Positions 1-10,347 of a DNA stretch of 64,000 nucleotides are shown one piece after another. The notes under the pieces were generated by a model. It worked only from the letters and a program-made list of their open reading frames with translations, had not been told where the DNA came from and made no database searches. Every line of letters begins with the position of its first letter. Positions within the stretch are counted from its first letter, which is position 1. Location of the stretch: NCBI GenBank assembly GCA_963823665.1, contig CAWGMQ010000003.1, positions 1,440,001 to 1,504,000 of the forward strand, given 5' to 3'. The translations under genes and the position numbers were made by a program. This DNA comes from an uncultured Planctomycetota bacterium. GTDB lineage: Bacteria > Planctomycetota > Planctomycetia > Isosphaerales > Isosphaeraceae.

Positions 1-558
1 GTCGGTGAGTTCAGCCGGCGCCTGGCCGAGCCGCTGAGCATGTTTCGTGACGGCGAGCAGGCGTGGCTAGGCTACGTGCTGTTTGCGACGCTGCTGCTGG
101 TCAGCATTTGGTATACGCGTGATGTGATCCGGGCAGGGGAAGAGGAAGAGGCGGTGATAGCCGGGCTGGCCGCCTCGCTGCTATTCATCGTGGCCGTGAC
201 GCCGTCGTTAGAGGGTTTCCACATCTTGAGTTCCTTCCTCCTGATGCTGCTCTTGTTCGGGCATTACTGGCGGTTGCTCCGCGACTCGGGAAGCCCCTGG
301 ATCATCTTCCATGTGTTGGTGCCGTTCGCCTTGGTGTTGCTGAGCGGATGCCATAGCTACGGCTTGTGGCAGAAGTGCCTGATCCTCTATCTCGTAGCGA
401 TCGCCAACCTCCGCCACCATCGACTCTGTCGAATGAGTGAAGGCGAGCCGGTGTCGGAGTCCAACTCTGAGTGGTTCGGCGGTGGTGGAGTGAATAGGCG
501 GCGAACGGTGTATCGGCTGGAAGCGGGGCAAGAGTGGGCGCGCTCGAAAACCCGGTAA
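1..558 (-). other. placeholder check: no minus-strand gene supported here (see plus-strand CDS 1..558)
   Basis: Minus-strand ORFs 208..666 and 302..610 are shadows of the hydrophobic plus-strand ORF. Confidence 0.1.
1..558 (+). CDS. hypothetical membrane protein (5' end may lie outside window)
   Basis: Frame open from base 1 through ORF 40..558; several hydrophobic helices. Confidence 0.65.
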   Translation, partial: VGEFSRRLAEPLSMFRDGEQAWLGYVLFATLLLVSIWYTRDVIRAGEEEEAVIAGLAASLLFIVAVTPSLEGFHILSSFLLMLLLFGHYWRLLRDSGSPWIIFHVLVPFALVLLSGCHSYGLWQKCLILYLVAIANLRHHRLCRMSEGEPVSESNSEWFGGGGVNRRRTVYRLEAGQEWARSKTR

Positions 559-616
559 GGCGGTGCCGAAGAGGTCGCTGCAATTGATCGGGCGACCACT
601 TCGGCTGCACGTGCGA

Positions 617-853
617 TCAAGCGCGAGCGGGCCGCCCGGCAACTGAGCGTGGCGTTTCGGCTGCAAACGGTGACTGATGCTGAAGGCCCAGGGAATAGGG
701 CAAGACGCTGATGGAGGCGCCGCTATCGACCAATCCGACTCCCGGCAGCGAACGCGACTGATGCCGAGGGACGATGGGAAGATCCGGCATCAGATCCAGC
801 CCTCCGGAGGCCGGGTTCCTGTCGCAGTAGGGAAACTGTTCGACAATGCTCAA
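617..853 (-). pseudogene. truncated retropepsin-like aspartyl protease
   Basis: GLVDSGASISVLPYSLGLQ contains the D[ST]G motif; protein-like sequence stops right after it (~680). Confidence 0.6.
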
Positions 854-1062
854 GAGCCGGTCCCTTCCTCCTTGAGGACCTTGGCCAGTTGGGCCGCGGC
901 ATTGCGGGCGTACTCTGGTGTGTAGGTTGGAAAGACATGACCTTCCGAAAACGGCACCGACTGTTCCTCTTTGGCCCGGTCGTCGAGCAGCATCTGCGCG
1001 ATCTGGAATTTCTCGTTGCGCGAGCGCGCGCGAACCGCACGGATGATCTCAGCGGTCGACAT
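850..1062 (-). CDS. small hypothetical protein, partner of the aspartyl protease
   Basis: 70 aa MSTAEIIRAV...; AAGGAAG upstream; stop overlaps the protease start (850-853). Confidence 0.65.
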   Translation of the reverse strand: MSTAEIIRAVRARSRNEKFQIAQMLLDDRAKEEQSVPFSEGHVFPTYTPEYARNAAAQLAKVLKEEGTGS

Positions 1063-1473
1063 GGGTGCTTCCTTTGCTCCGCATCGCGCGATGGGACATG
1101 ATCTTGCCATAGGTCGGAAAGAACCAGCGTGTCCGCGTTTCTCAGTATACTCTGCAAACTTCTTCAGCCTTCAGAGATTTCAGTGAGGAGCGTGAGGGGA
1201 TTGGAGACACCGGCTGTCGAGACGTCGCCGCGGCAGTCCGATGACGTGGCCCCAATTCGTTCGTGTGGAGGAGCGGTACGATCTTCCCCGCGCCGGGGTG
1301 GTTCGCGGCTTGGCGGGTGGCGCGGTGAAGTTATGAGATGACGAGCCGGGTGGCTCTTTGGCGGGCAAGTCTGGGTCTGTCGGAGCCCCATGGGAGCGAT
1401 CCGCTGGAGCGACCCGGCCGATTTCATCTACTACACATTGCTGCTTGGACGAAATACTAACCGCGTCCCAGTT

Positions 1474-2178
1474 TCACTTCCCGGCTCGCCGGCGCCGCCG
1501 TTTCCAGCAAGCCCGGCCCGCGGCGCCCAGTCCCAGCGCCGAGAACATCATCCAGAACGACGATGGCTCGGGGACGGCACTGGCCGAGATGAGAACCTGT
1601 CCGATTTCGACCATGCCCGCGCCGCTGGGCACGTTGGTGAAATACTGGGTGTTGGCGTTGGAATCGGTCCATATCGTGTTTTGGGCACCTTCCAGAGCGT
1701 AGATGCCGAACAGTCCGGACGCGTTCGACGAAGCCAGGAAATCCATCTGGAGCAGATTGGCCCCAGGCGAGCCCGGAACCGGCACACCGAGCGAGGCACT
1801 GGGATTCAAGAAATCAAACGCGCTCAACGAGCTACCGCTGTTGGTATTGATGGCCGTGATGCCAAGGCCGTTACTACCGAAGACGTAGTTTGTGGGGTTG
1901 GTGGGGAACGTCATCCCGGCCCCCGGGTCCTGAAACGTCAGGGTGCCGCTGGCGCCGGTTTCCGGGGCAATCGCCAGTACAAATTGCCAGGCGGCCATGA
2001 TGTCGTTGGGAAAGTTGTTGCTCACGACGTTAACCAGCATCGGCCCGGACGTCGTGCCGGCGGACATGTCCAGCGGCGAGCCCGGCGAGTTGCTCGTACC
2101 CAGAGTCAGGTCGGCCCGGCTGGTGCCGCCGCCGAGCAGACCGAGAAAGACGATCGAAGGGAAAAAGAGTTTCTTCAT
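1474..2178 (-). CDS. PEP-CTERM sorting-domain protein with a single beta-rich (possibly cohesin-like) domain
   Basis: Signal peptide MKKLFF...SRA; C-terminal VPEPSS, TM helix and basic tail KRRRRR. Confidence 0.9.
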   Translation of the reverse strand: MKKLFFPSIVFLGLLGGGTSRADLTLGTSNSPGSPLDMSAGTTSGPMLVNVVSNNFPNDIMAAWQFVLAIAPETGASGTLTFQDPGAGMTFPTNPTNYVFGSNGLGITAINTNSGSSLSAFDFLNPSASLGVPVPGSPGANLLQMDFLASSNASGLFGIYALEGAQNTIWTDSNANTQYFTNVPSGAGMVEIGQVLISASAVPEPSSFWMMFSALGLGAAGRACWKRRRRRAGK

Positions 2179-5100
2179 ACGCGAGCCTTGCCCATGGGTT
2201 TGAGTCGAAGAAGAACATCGAACTTGCTCGAAGCGCCAACTGTCGGCGCATCGGGTTTGTACTTGACGACGAGAGGCCTGGCTTGTGGTCCTGCTTGCCG
2301 GGGTTCCCTGGGTATCGATTGCCGCGAGAACGTTCGCTCTACGCTACGCCGCTGCCGACTTGAATCGCCCGCGCGATGGTGGGCGTGGGCAACACGCCGA
2401 TCGCTTCGTCGCTGGCGGCCTCAAACAAGGCGTCAACCAATGCTCCAGTCGGCGGCAGAATCGTCGTGGCCTCCGACGGTGGCACCGTCTGCGCGGATAT
2501 TACTTTAGCCACGTCCGCGGCCGAGGGCAAGCGGCGCACGCCGGTCGCCAGGGTTTCGGCCATGAGGTCGGTGGGGGACGTGGTCGGATCGAGATCGGAG
2601 AGCCCCAGCGTGTGGCCCAGCTCGTGCATCACGACCGTCAGCAAATCTTCATGCCCGGCGGCGACCATGGAGGGACCGGCCAGGAAGTCCCCCGGTGCCA
2701 CGGGGTCTCCGGACGAGGTGCCGATCGACCAGCCGTAGCCGGCAGCATTCGCGGAGAGATCCATGATGCTGCCGCCGATGGCGGTGCCGCCCAGGTAGCC
2801 GGCTGGAAGATTGGTGATCTGGACGGTGACGCCGCGCAGTTTGGCGACGTCCTGTTCGGGGAGTCCGGCGGCGGCCCAGTCATCGATGGCGGCCGTGAGC
2901 ACCGGGTCCAGCTCTTGCGGGGTGAGGGCCGAGGCGGCGCCGGGGCCTTCCCCGCCGGCGGCCAACTGCGGCGGCAGCGCCGGCAGCACGGTGCCGATTT
3001 GCGGCCGGTAGAGCGTGAAGTCGGCCATGGTCACCGCGCCGTCGCCGTTCATGTCGTCGAACATGTTGTAGGTATTCGCCGGGGTCTCGTGCCGGAGGAT
3101 CAGGACACCGTCGGTTGTATTGACCACGCCGTCGTCATTCACGTCGCCGGGCAGGACGTCGAGTTGCCCCGTGAAGGTGATGATCTGGGAGCTGCTGATC
3201 GTGATCGTCACAAGGTCTGGGCCCGCGATGGCTTTGTCGAACGTGATGAGGATGCTGGACGTCCCCGACCCGGAGATGCTAACCGGGCCGTAGTTGCCGC
3301 CGGTGATGCCTGTGACGCTGACATCGGCGGGAGTCAGCGTGGCGGCCTGGGCGAGAACAATCGCGATCCGGTTGATGTTGAACCAGGGCAGGTCGGTGGT
3401 GCGCCCGGCCGGAAGCAGCAGGCCGCCACCGGCGGTATAGAGCGGGGCGGTCTGCGAGCCCCAGTCGACCGAGACCCCGGAGACGGCGATCGTCGCTCCG
3501 GTCACGGTCAGGGTGTCAGCCGGGCTCGTGACGTTGCCGAGCGACGCGCTGATATTCGACGTGCCGATTCCCACCCCGGTGGCCAGGCCCTGGCTGCCGG
3601 CGGTGTTCGAGATGGTCGCGACCGAGGTCGTGGCCGACGCCCAGGTCACCGTGCTGGTCAGGTTCCCGGTCGAGTTGTCCGAATACATGCCGGTGGCCGT
3701 GAACTGCTGGGTTTCACCCTTGGGAACCGTGGGGCTGGCCGGTGTGACGGCGATTGACTCCAGGACGGCGGCACGGGCGTTGAGCGTCGTCGAGCCGGTG
3801 ATGCCGTCATACTTGGCGGTGATCAAGGAGGTACCGGTCGCCGCGACCGCGGTGGCCAGGCCGCCGGTGGAGATGGTGGCGACCGAGGTCGTGGCCGACG
3901 CCCAGGTCACCGTGCCGGTCAGGTTCCCGGTCGAGTTGTCCGAATAGGTGCCGGTGGCCGTAAACTGCTGGGTTTCACCCTTGGGAACCATGGGGCTGGC
4001 CGGTGTGACGGCGATCGACTCCAGGACGGCGGGGCTGGCGTTGAGCGTCGTCGAGCCTGTGATGCCGTCATACTTGGCGGTGATCAAGGAGGTGCCAGTC
4101 GCCGCGACCGCGGTGGCCAGGCCGCCGGTGGAGATGGTGGCGACCGAGGTCGTGGCCGACGCCCAGGTCACCGTGCCGGTCAGGTTCCCGGTCGAGTTGT
4201 CCGAATAGGTGCCGGTGGCCGTAAACTGCTGGGTTTCACCCTTGGGAACCATGGGGCTGGCCGGTGTGACGGCGATCGACTCCAGGACGGCGGGGCTGGC
4301 GTTGAGCGTCGTCGAGCCTGTGATGCCGTCATACTTGGCGGTGATCAAGGAGGTGCCAGTCGCCGCGACCGCGGTGGCCAGGCCGCCGGTGGAGATGGTG
4401 GCGACCGAGGTCGTGGCCGACGCCCAGGTCACCAGGGTGGTGAGAGGCTCGGTCGAGTTGTCCGAATAGGTGCCGGTGGCCGTGAACTGTTGGGTCAGAC
4501 CCTTGGCGACACTCGGATCGGCGGGCGTCACCGCGATTGAGACCAGCGCGGGCGAGAACTGATAGGCGCCGAGATCCGGAAAATATGAACGCGTGATGCC
4601 GCGCTGATCGACGGTGATCCCGGTTCCGGCCTCTCCGGTTCTCGAGGGCCGCGGTGCTTTGCGTCTTCAGAGCGATCGTCTGTGTGTCCCCGCCGTTGCT
4701 GGCCAGCCCGCCCGCGAAATTCGGGTCGGTGCCCATAACCAGGTCACCGGGCGGCAAGCCGTTGGATCCCATGCCGTTGCCGTTGAGGGTGACGAGGTTA
4801 TTGGTGCTGCCGGTCAAGGTGGGCGTGGTGGCGCCGGCGTTGGTGCTGGTGAAGAAGTCGGATACGGTCGTGGTCGCGTTCTGGCCGAGGATGCAGTTGA
4901 TGAGCTGGGCCGCGGCGGTGCCGGTGCCGGTGTAGGGGCTGGTGTTGTTGCCGCCGTTGCTCTTGTCGCTCAAGACGTAGAGGTCGGTGCCGCCCTGGGC
5001 TGCGGTATTGCCGCTGAAGGTGACGAAGGTGGCGTCGACGCTGCCGTTGCGGGCGAAGACGGCGCCGCCGAGGCCTTCTCCGTCGCCGCTGCCGCCGCTG

Positions 5101-6139
5101 GGACCGCCGTAGGCGAAGTTGGCGGTAAAGGTGTCGTTGGTGAGGGTGATCGCGCCTTGGTTGCTGAAGATGCCCCCACCCATGCCGGCGCCGCCGCCGC
5201 CGCCGCCGCCGAAGCCGCCGGCGCCGGCGCTGGCGGCGCCGCCGCCGCCGCCGAAGCCGGCGCCGCCGGCGGCGTGCCGCGAGCTGGCGGCGCCGCCGCC
5301 GCCGCCGAAGCCGCCGGCGCCGCCGCCGCCAAAGCCGCCGCCGCCGCCGCCGCCGCCGAAGCCGCCGCCGCCGCCGTCATTGCGGAGGCCGCCGCCGCCG
5401 CCGCCGCCGAAGCCGCCGGCGCCGCCGGCGCCGTTGGCGCCGCCGCCGGCGCCGCCGTGGACTCCGCCCCCAGATTGGTCGTTTAAGGGCGCGTTGGCCC
5501 CGAGGCCGCCGCCGCCGCCGTCGTCGCCGTCGTCGCGGCCCAGCCCGCCCTGGGCCTCGTTGTTGGCGAAGGTGCACCCCTCAGCCGTGAAACTGCCGCC
5601 GTTATCAAAGACCGCGCCCCCCAACCCAGCCCCGCCGCCGCCGCCGCCGCGCCCGCCCCGCCGAGCGCATCGCCATCTTGCAGCGTCAGGTTTTCCAGGG
5701 TCAGCGAGCTGTCGCTGGCCACGGTGAACAGGCGCACCGAGCCGCCGCCGTCGATGACCAGCCCCGGTGCCCCGGAGCCGTCGATGGTGATGTTGGTGCC
5801 GTTGCCGCTGACGAAGTACGCCGTCGGGCCATACTCGGCGGCAGCCGAGTTGGCCTCGCTGCTGGAGGTGAACATGATCGTGGAATTGGCGGGAATGCTG
5901 AAGGTGATCACGGCCGGCTGGGTGCCGGCGATGGCCTTGCCAATTTCGTAGCCGAGACTGCCGCTCGTGGTTGCTGAGGGACTGGTGTTGGTCACCATGT
6001 AGCTGAGCAAGCAGCGCTCTTCCAGCCGCTCCAGAAAGCGCTGGGCGGTGCGACGCCCGCGGCGCACGGGCGGCTTGCTCGGGCCTGGCGAGGAGCGGAA
6101 CAGCGTTTTGAGCGTGGTCAGGGGCGTGCGGCGCGGCAT
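2175..6139 (-). CDS. giant extracellular protein (~1320 aa, about 3 indels): planctomycete N-terminal motif, Gly-rich region, choice-of-anchor-Q-like segment, 4 Big_2-like Ig repeats, dockerin, C-terminal zincin motif
   Basis: Joins ORFs 5483..6139 (LERLEERCLLS), 4329..6176 (GGFGGG repeats, GLASNGGDTQTIAL) and 2339..4531 (SIAVTP..TQQFTATGTYSD repeats; GDVNDDGVVNTTD..DMNGDGAVTMAD; HELGHTLGLSD..LM). Adding one base at ~2342 extends it to TGA at 2175. Confidence 0.8.
2342..2755. repeat. ~415-bp direct repeat, copy 1 (3' end of giant gene)
   Basis: Aligns by eye with 8754-9166. Confidence 0.9.
3687..4469. repeat. near-identical 261-bp tandem repeats encoding 87-aa Ig-like (Big_2) domains
   Basis: Units 3687-3947, 3948-4208 and 4209-4469 are almost identical; partial homology continues on both sides. 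Confidence 0.9.
5185..5660. repeat. low-complexity (GCC)n tract encoding GGFGGG repeats on the minus strand
   Basis: Runs of ccgccgccg interspersed with aagccg. Confidence 0.85.
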
Positions 6140-6241
6140 GATTCATCTCCGGTGTGTTCTGTTCTCGGATTCGCACGACGATCGAGGCGGTGAATACTCC
6201 AGGTCAAGTCAGGGCCGCGCCACGGTGGCACGGCGGTCCCG

Positions 6242-8536
6242 TCACTCCACGGGCAAAGCGGCGAACAGGGCGGCCAGTGGTTCTTCGTAGTGCTTCCAGC
6301 GCGCCAGCGACTTGCGATAGAGCGGCTGGCGGACCTGCGTCACGCTGGCCGTGCGTACCGCCCGGGCTGTTTCATGGAACCGCGCGCAGGCCGGCTCCCA
6401 CTCGAGGCCGCACGCCGCGAGCAACCGCGGGGCCTCGGACTGGAAGTCGTCGACGAGCTTTTCGTAAGCCACTTCGTGCACGCGCACCGGCAACACGCTT
6501 TGCCAGTGCTGCCAGAGCCGCCGGTAATCGCGGCAGCGGCCGGCAAGCTGCTCCCGATCGTCGGCCCAGCGAATGCTGCGGAAGTTGGTCATCCAGCACG
6601 AGACCGCCACGTCGCGCAGGTCGCGGCGCACGTGGACGAACGTCGCCCGCGGAAACAGGAGCGCGAGCAGGCCCAGATAGAGGTAATTGTCCGGCATCTT
6701 GTCCACGACCCGGTCCGGCCGGGCGCGATCGCCTGGAGAGTTTGGTCCAGTCCCTGGCGGTGCCGCCCGGAGAGCTCGCGCACGGCCGCCGCGTCCAGAG
6801 CCTCCAGGCAGGGGAGCATCTCGTCGGGCCGGCCCAGCAATTCGGGGATGGACACGAACAGCCTGCCCGCGAGAGCCAGCTCGCCCGCGCCGTGAACCCG
6901 CGAATGACTGGCCAGCACCTGCTCGACCAGGGTCGTGCCGGAGCGCGGCATGCCGAAGACGAAGACCGGCAGGCGCGTGTCGTCGCCTGCCCTGGCCAGA
7001 CGGTCGAAGAGCTGCGGCGTGAAACCGGCGATGATCCGATCGACGAGCGCCGTGTGCACGGCGGGGTCATACTTTTTGCCGGCCCTGCGCCTCTGTTCCA
7101 GCGCGATGGCGTTGGCCTCTTCGAGGCAGCCGGCGGCCGCGGCATAGTCGCCGCGGGCGTCCAGCACCTGGGCCAGGCCAAAGAGCAACTGGCCGCGTGC
7201 CGGCGAACGGGGGGGCAGGGGTGGCGGGACGGTCTGGCGATCTGTGGTAGGGGCGCCGAGCTGCGCCCGGATCGCTTCCAGGTCGGTTTCGGGCAACTTG
7301 CCGCGCAAGAGCATGGCCAACCGAGACAGCGGCAAGGGCGCCCGGGGATGAAGCGTCTGGGCGTGGCGATAGCGAGCCTCGGCCGCTGCCATTTCGCCGA
7401 GCTCTTCGTGGAGGCCGCCCTGGTTCAGGTGCGCGGCCACGTAACGCTCGTCCAGCTCGAGGGCCCGGCGATAAGAGGCGGCGGCCTCGGCGAACCGCCC
7501 CTCCTGCTGCAGTGCAAGGCCCAGGTGGTTGTGCGCCATGGCGAGCGTGGGATTGAGTTCGACCACGCGCTGCCAGCAAGCCAGGGCGGCCGCGTGGTCT
7601 TCGCCAGCGTCATGGGCGTTGGCCAGGTATTGCCGGATCGCGCCATCGTGCGGGGCCAGCTCGACCGCGTGGCGAAAGCAGGCAAAGGCGGCGGCGTGGT
7701 CGCCCTCGAGGAACAGGGCCAGACCGCGGTTGGCATCGATCTGGGCCACCTCAGAGGGAGGCCGCGATGCCTGGCTAGCCAGCCGCAGGGCCACTTCGTA
7801 GGCAGCCCGCGCCTCGCTGAAGCGCTCCAGGGCACGGTAGGCGTTGCCGAGATTGTTGTGGGCGGCCGGCAGGTCGCCCTGGAGCGTGACGGCTTCCGCG
7901 CAATGCGTGAGGCCTTCCTCGGCTTCGCCCTCTTCGACCAGCAGTTGGCCCAGGTTGCTGCGTGCCACCGCCAGCTTGGGATCGAGATCGACCGCCAGGC
8001 GGTAAGCCTCGAGGGCTTCGCCCAAAGAGCCCAGCTCGCGGAGGGACGTACCGAGGTTGTTCCTGGCCAGGGCGAAATCGGGCCGCATCTCCAGGGCGGC
8101 GCGGAACTCGGCCACGGCTTCGGCAAACCGCCCTGCGCGCGTGCAGCGCGAGGCCCTTGTTGTTGGCTGCCTCGGGGTAGTCCGGTCGAAGCCGCAGGGC
8201 GGTCCGGCAGCAGTCGATGGCCTCCTGGTGCTGGCCCAGGGCGCGGTGAACCTCGGCCAGGTTGGCGTGGTAAGCGGCGGTCTCGGGCTCGAGAACCACG
8301 GCGCGGGCGATCAGCTCGACCGCCCTGGCAGAATATCCGTTCTGGTGGTGCAGGACGCCGAAGAGATGCAGGGCACCGGCGTGGTCGGGCTGCCTGGTAA
8401 GCACGGTGTGATAGCAACGGGCCGCGTCGGCGAAACGACCCGCCTGGTGCAACTGCCAGGCGGTGGCAAGCTCGGAATCGGCTGGCTGTGTGACAAGGTG
8501 CAGGGGAAATCTCCCATTTGCAGGGGACTGGGTCAT
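6242..8536 (-). CDS. TPR-repeat sulfotransferase family protein (2 indels, ~8130 and ~6720)
   Basis: Many TPRs (YHANLAEV, ARNNLGTSL, AHNNLGNA); PAPS-binding motifs FVFGMPRSGTTLVEQ and VRRDLRDVAVS; DKMPDNYLYLG. Confidence 0.88.
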
Positions 8537-8720
8537 GTGGCCCGGGTCGAGCCGGCAACATCCGGCGAGCCCCCAGAGCGACGGCGCTAGACCTGGTGCC
8601 GTCGCCCTCCGGGCGCCGGCCGCAGCCAATCGAGGCGGTGACAAACTTGTGAACGGTGCCCCGAACGGGAAGCAATTCCGGCGACTTCTTGCCCGGCCGA
8701 TTTTTTGTTCCGAAGAAATA

Positions 8721-9166
8721 CTAGCTGCGTCCCGGTTTCGGTTTCCGCTCTAGCGCTACGCCGCTGCCGACTTGAATCGCCCGCGCGATGGTGGGCGTAG
8801 GCCACACGCCGATCGCTTCCTCGCTGGCGGCCTCAAACAAGGCGTCAACCAATGCGCCTCTCGTCGGGAGAATCGTCGTGGCGGCCGGCGGTGGCACGGC
8901 CAGCGCGGCTATTACTTTAGCCACGTCCGCGGCCGAGGGCAAGCGGCGCGCGCCGGTCGCCAGGGTTTCGGCCATGAGGTCGGTGGGGGACGTGGTCGGA
9001 TCGAGATCGGAGAGCCCCAGCGTGTGGCCCAGCTCGTGCATCACGACCGTCAGCAAATCTTCATGCCCGGCGGCGACCATGGAGGGACCGGCCAGGAAGT
9101 CCCCCGGTGCCACGGGGTCTCCGGACGAGGTGCCGATCGACCAGCCGTAGCCGGCGGCATTCGCGG
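8721..9166 (-). pseudogene. orphan copy of the giant gene's 3' end (zincin motif region); direct-repeat copy 2
   Basis: Encodes HEDLLTVVMHELGHTLGLSDLDP...GSGVA as in 2339..2755; homology ends abruptly at ~9166. Confidence 0.85.
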
Positions 9167-9341
9167 AATCCCTTTGGGTACGGGCCAGCCCGGTTTCTTA
9201 CTACAGAACAGGTGAAGCCTCGGGTCCCTGCGAGCGGTCCTTCGCAAGTTTTGCCGGAGCGGTGAACAGATATAATAGCCATATCGTATAGATAGACGTA
9301 CTGAACGAGGTAAGCGTGATGCCAGCCAGAGGAGCGCAGTC

Positions 9342-9443
9342 ATGCTAACCGTGACCCACCTTTGCTACTTCGCGACAGTCGCCACAATCGGCATCCTGCT
9401 CATCGTGATCGGACAGGCGAAAGCCAATGCAGGCGTGAAGTGA
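9342..9443 (+). CDS. candidate 33-aa hydrophobic small protein
   Basis: AGAGGAG 7 nt upstream of ATG; MLTVTHLCYFATVATIGILLIVIGQAKANAGVK*; TATAAT at 9271-9276. Confidence 0.45.
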   Translation: MLTVTHLCYFATVATIGILLIVIGQAKANAGVK

Positions 9444-9493
9444 ATCTGGCCACCGCCGGCCGCGGCCTCTTGCACAAGGGGCTTGCGGCGGGT

Positions 9494-9709
9494 CTAGTTT
9501 CTGCCTGGCGAGTCCTCGAGCAGCGACTCCATTCTCGACAAGATGCTCTCAAAAGCCCACTCCTCGGCCCGTTCATCCATCTGCCCGACGATCTTTCCCC
9601 GGATCTCGCGCAAGCGGACTCGCTCTCGGTATAACGAGTCGGCCACTTCGAGGACTTCGGGGTCGGCGAGCTGCTTTGCCGTGATCTTCTCGTACAATAA
9701 GTCGTTCAA
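9494..9709 (-). CDS. hypothetical protein or C-terminal gene fragment
   Basis: Helical, protein-like 71-aa ORF; start uncertain. Confidence 0.35.
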   Translation of the reverse strand: MNDLLYEKITAKQLADPEVLEVADSLYRERVRLREIRGKIVGQMDERAEEWAFESILSRMESLLEDSPGRN

Positions 9710-9909
9710 ACTCCTGTCGCAAGGTTGAGCGGTCGAGCTGTGAGCCGCGCAACAAATGCTTATGCAAAACGCGCGGCTGAAATCGTCCGAACCAATTGAG
9801 TCATTTGGACGTTCACCGATTGACGGTCCGACATTGGCCCGTCATTGTGAATACGTTTTCGTGAGAGAGCCACAAGGTCGGCGGCGGCGGTCTCAACTGA
9901 AGGTAGGGT

Positions 9910-10347
9910 GTGCTGATTTTGGGCGATCGGAGGTTTATCGAGGCTGCTTTCGAGTCCGAAGCAGAACTCGAACAGGTTGTCATCGCTAATTCCGAATACC
10001 TTTTCGGCCCGGCCTCCCTCTATTTTCCGAAAGCGCTTATCCGCACCAAAGATGGATTTGGGACCATCCCCGATGGGTTCGTGATCGACCTGGCCGCACG
10101 GCGATGGTTCGTGGTTGAAGCAGAGTTGGGCAAGCACAGCGTCTGGAGCCACATCGCACCCCAAGTCGCCAAACAGCTCATCGCTGCCATGAACCCTGCC
10201 TCGCGACAGCTTCTCATCGATTTAATCGTCGACAAGGTCCGAGAAGACCCGACCGCGATGGAGAAGTTCACCGATGAAGGGGATGTCAGACACCCCCTTC
10301 TGAAGAGGCCGTGGTCTTGCTCGGTCAATCGTCACTTACCGTCTTGA
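9910..10347 (+). pseudogene. truncated PD-(D/E)xK-like nuclease domain protein
   Basis: E.ELE..IPDGFVID...FVVEAEL pattern; AAGGTAGG RBS; protein-like character ends at ~10285. Confidence 0.5.

Noticed and set aside
208..666. Minus-strand ORFs over the first gene and other long antisense ORFs (e.g. 2285..3757, 6154..8400, 33789..35369)
   Set aside because: GC-rich shadow frames opposite better-supported genes, with no recognisable motifs
5119..5727. Proline-rich plus-strand ORF and Ala-rich ORFs
   Set aside because: Antisense or alternate-frame shadows of the Gly-rich coding tract
2342..9166. Diversity-generating retroelement TR/VR pair
   Set aside because: Differences between the copies are not adenine-specific (T/C, T/G, G/C seen) and no reverse transcriptase is present
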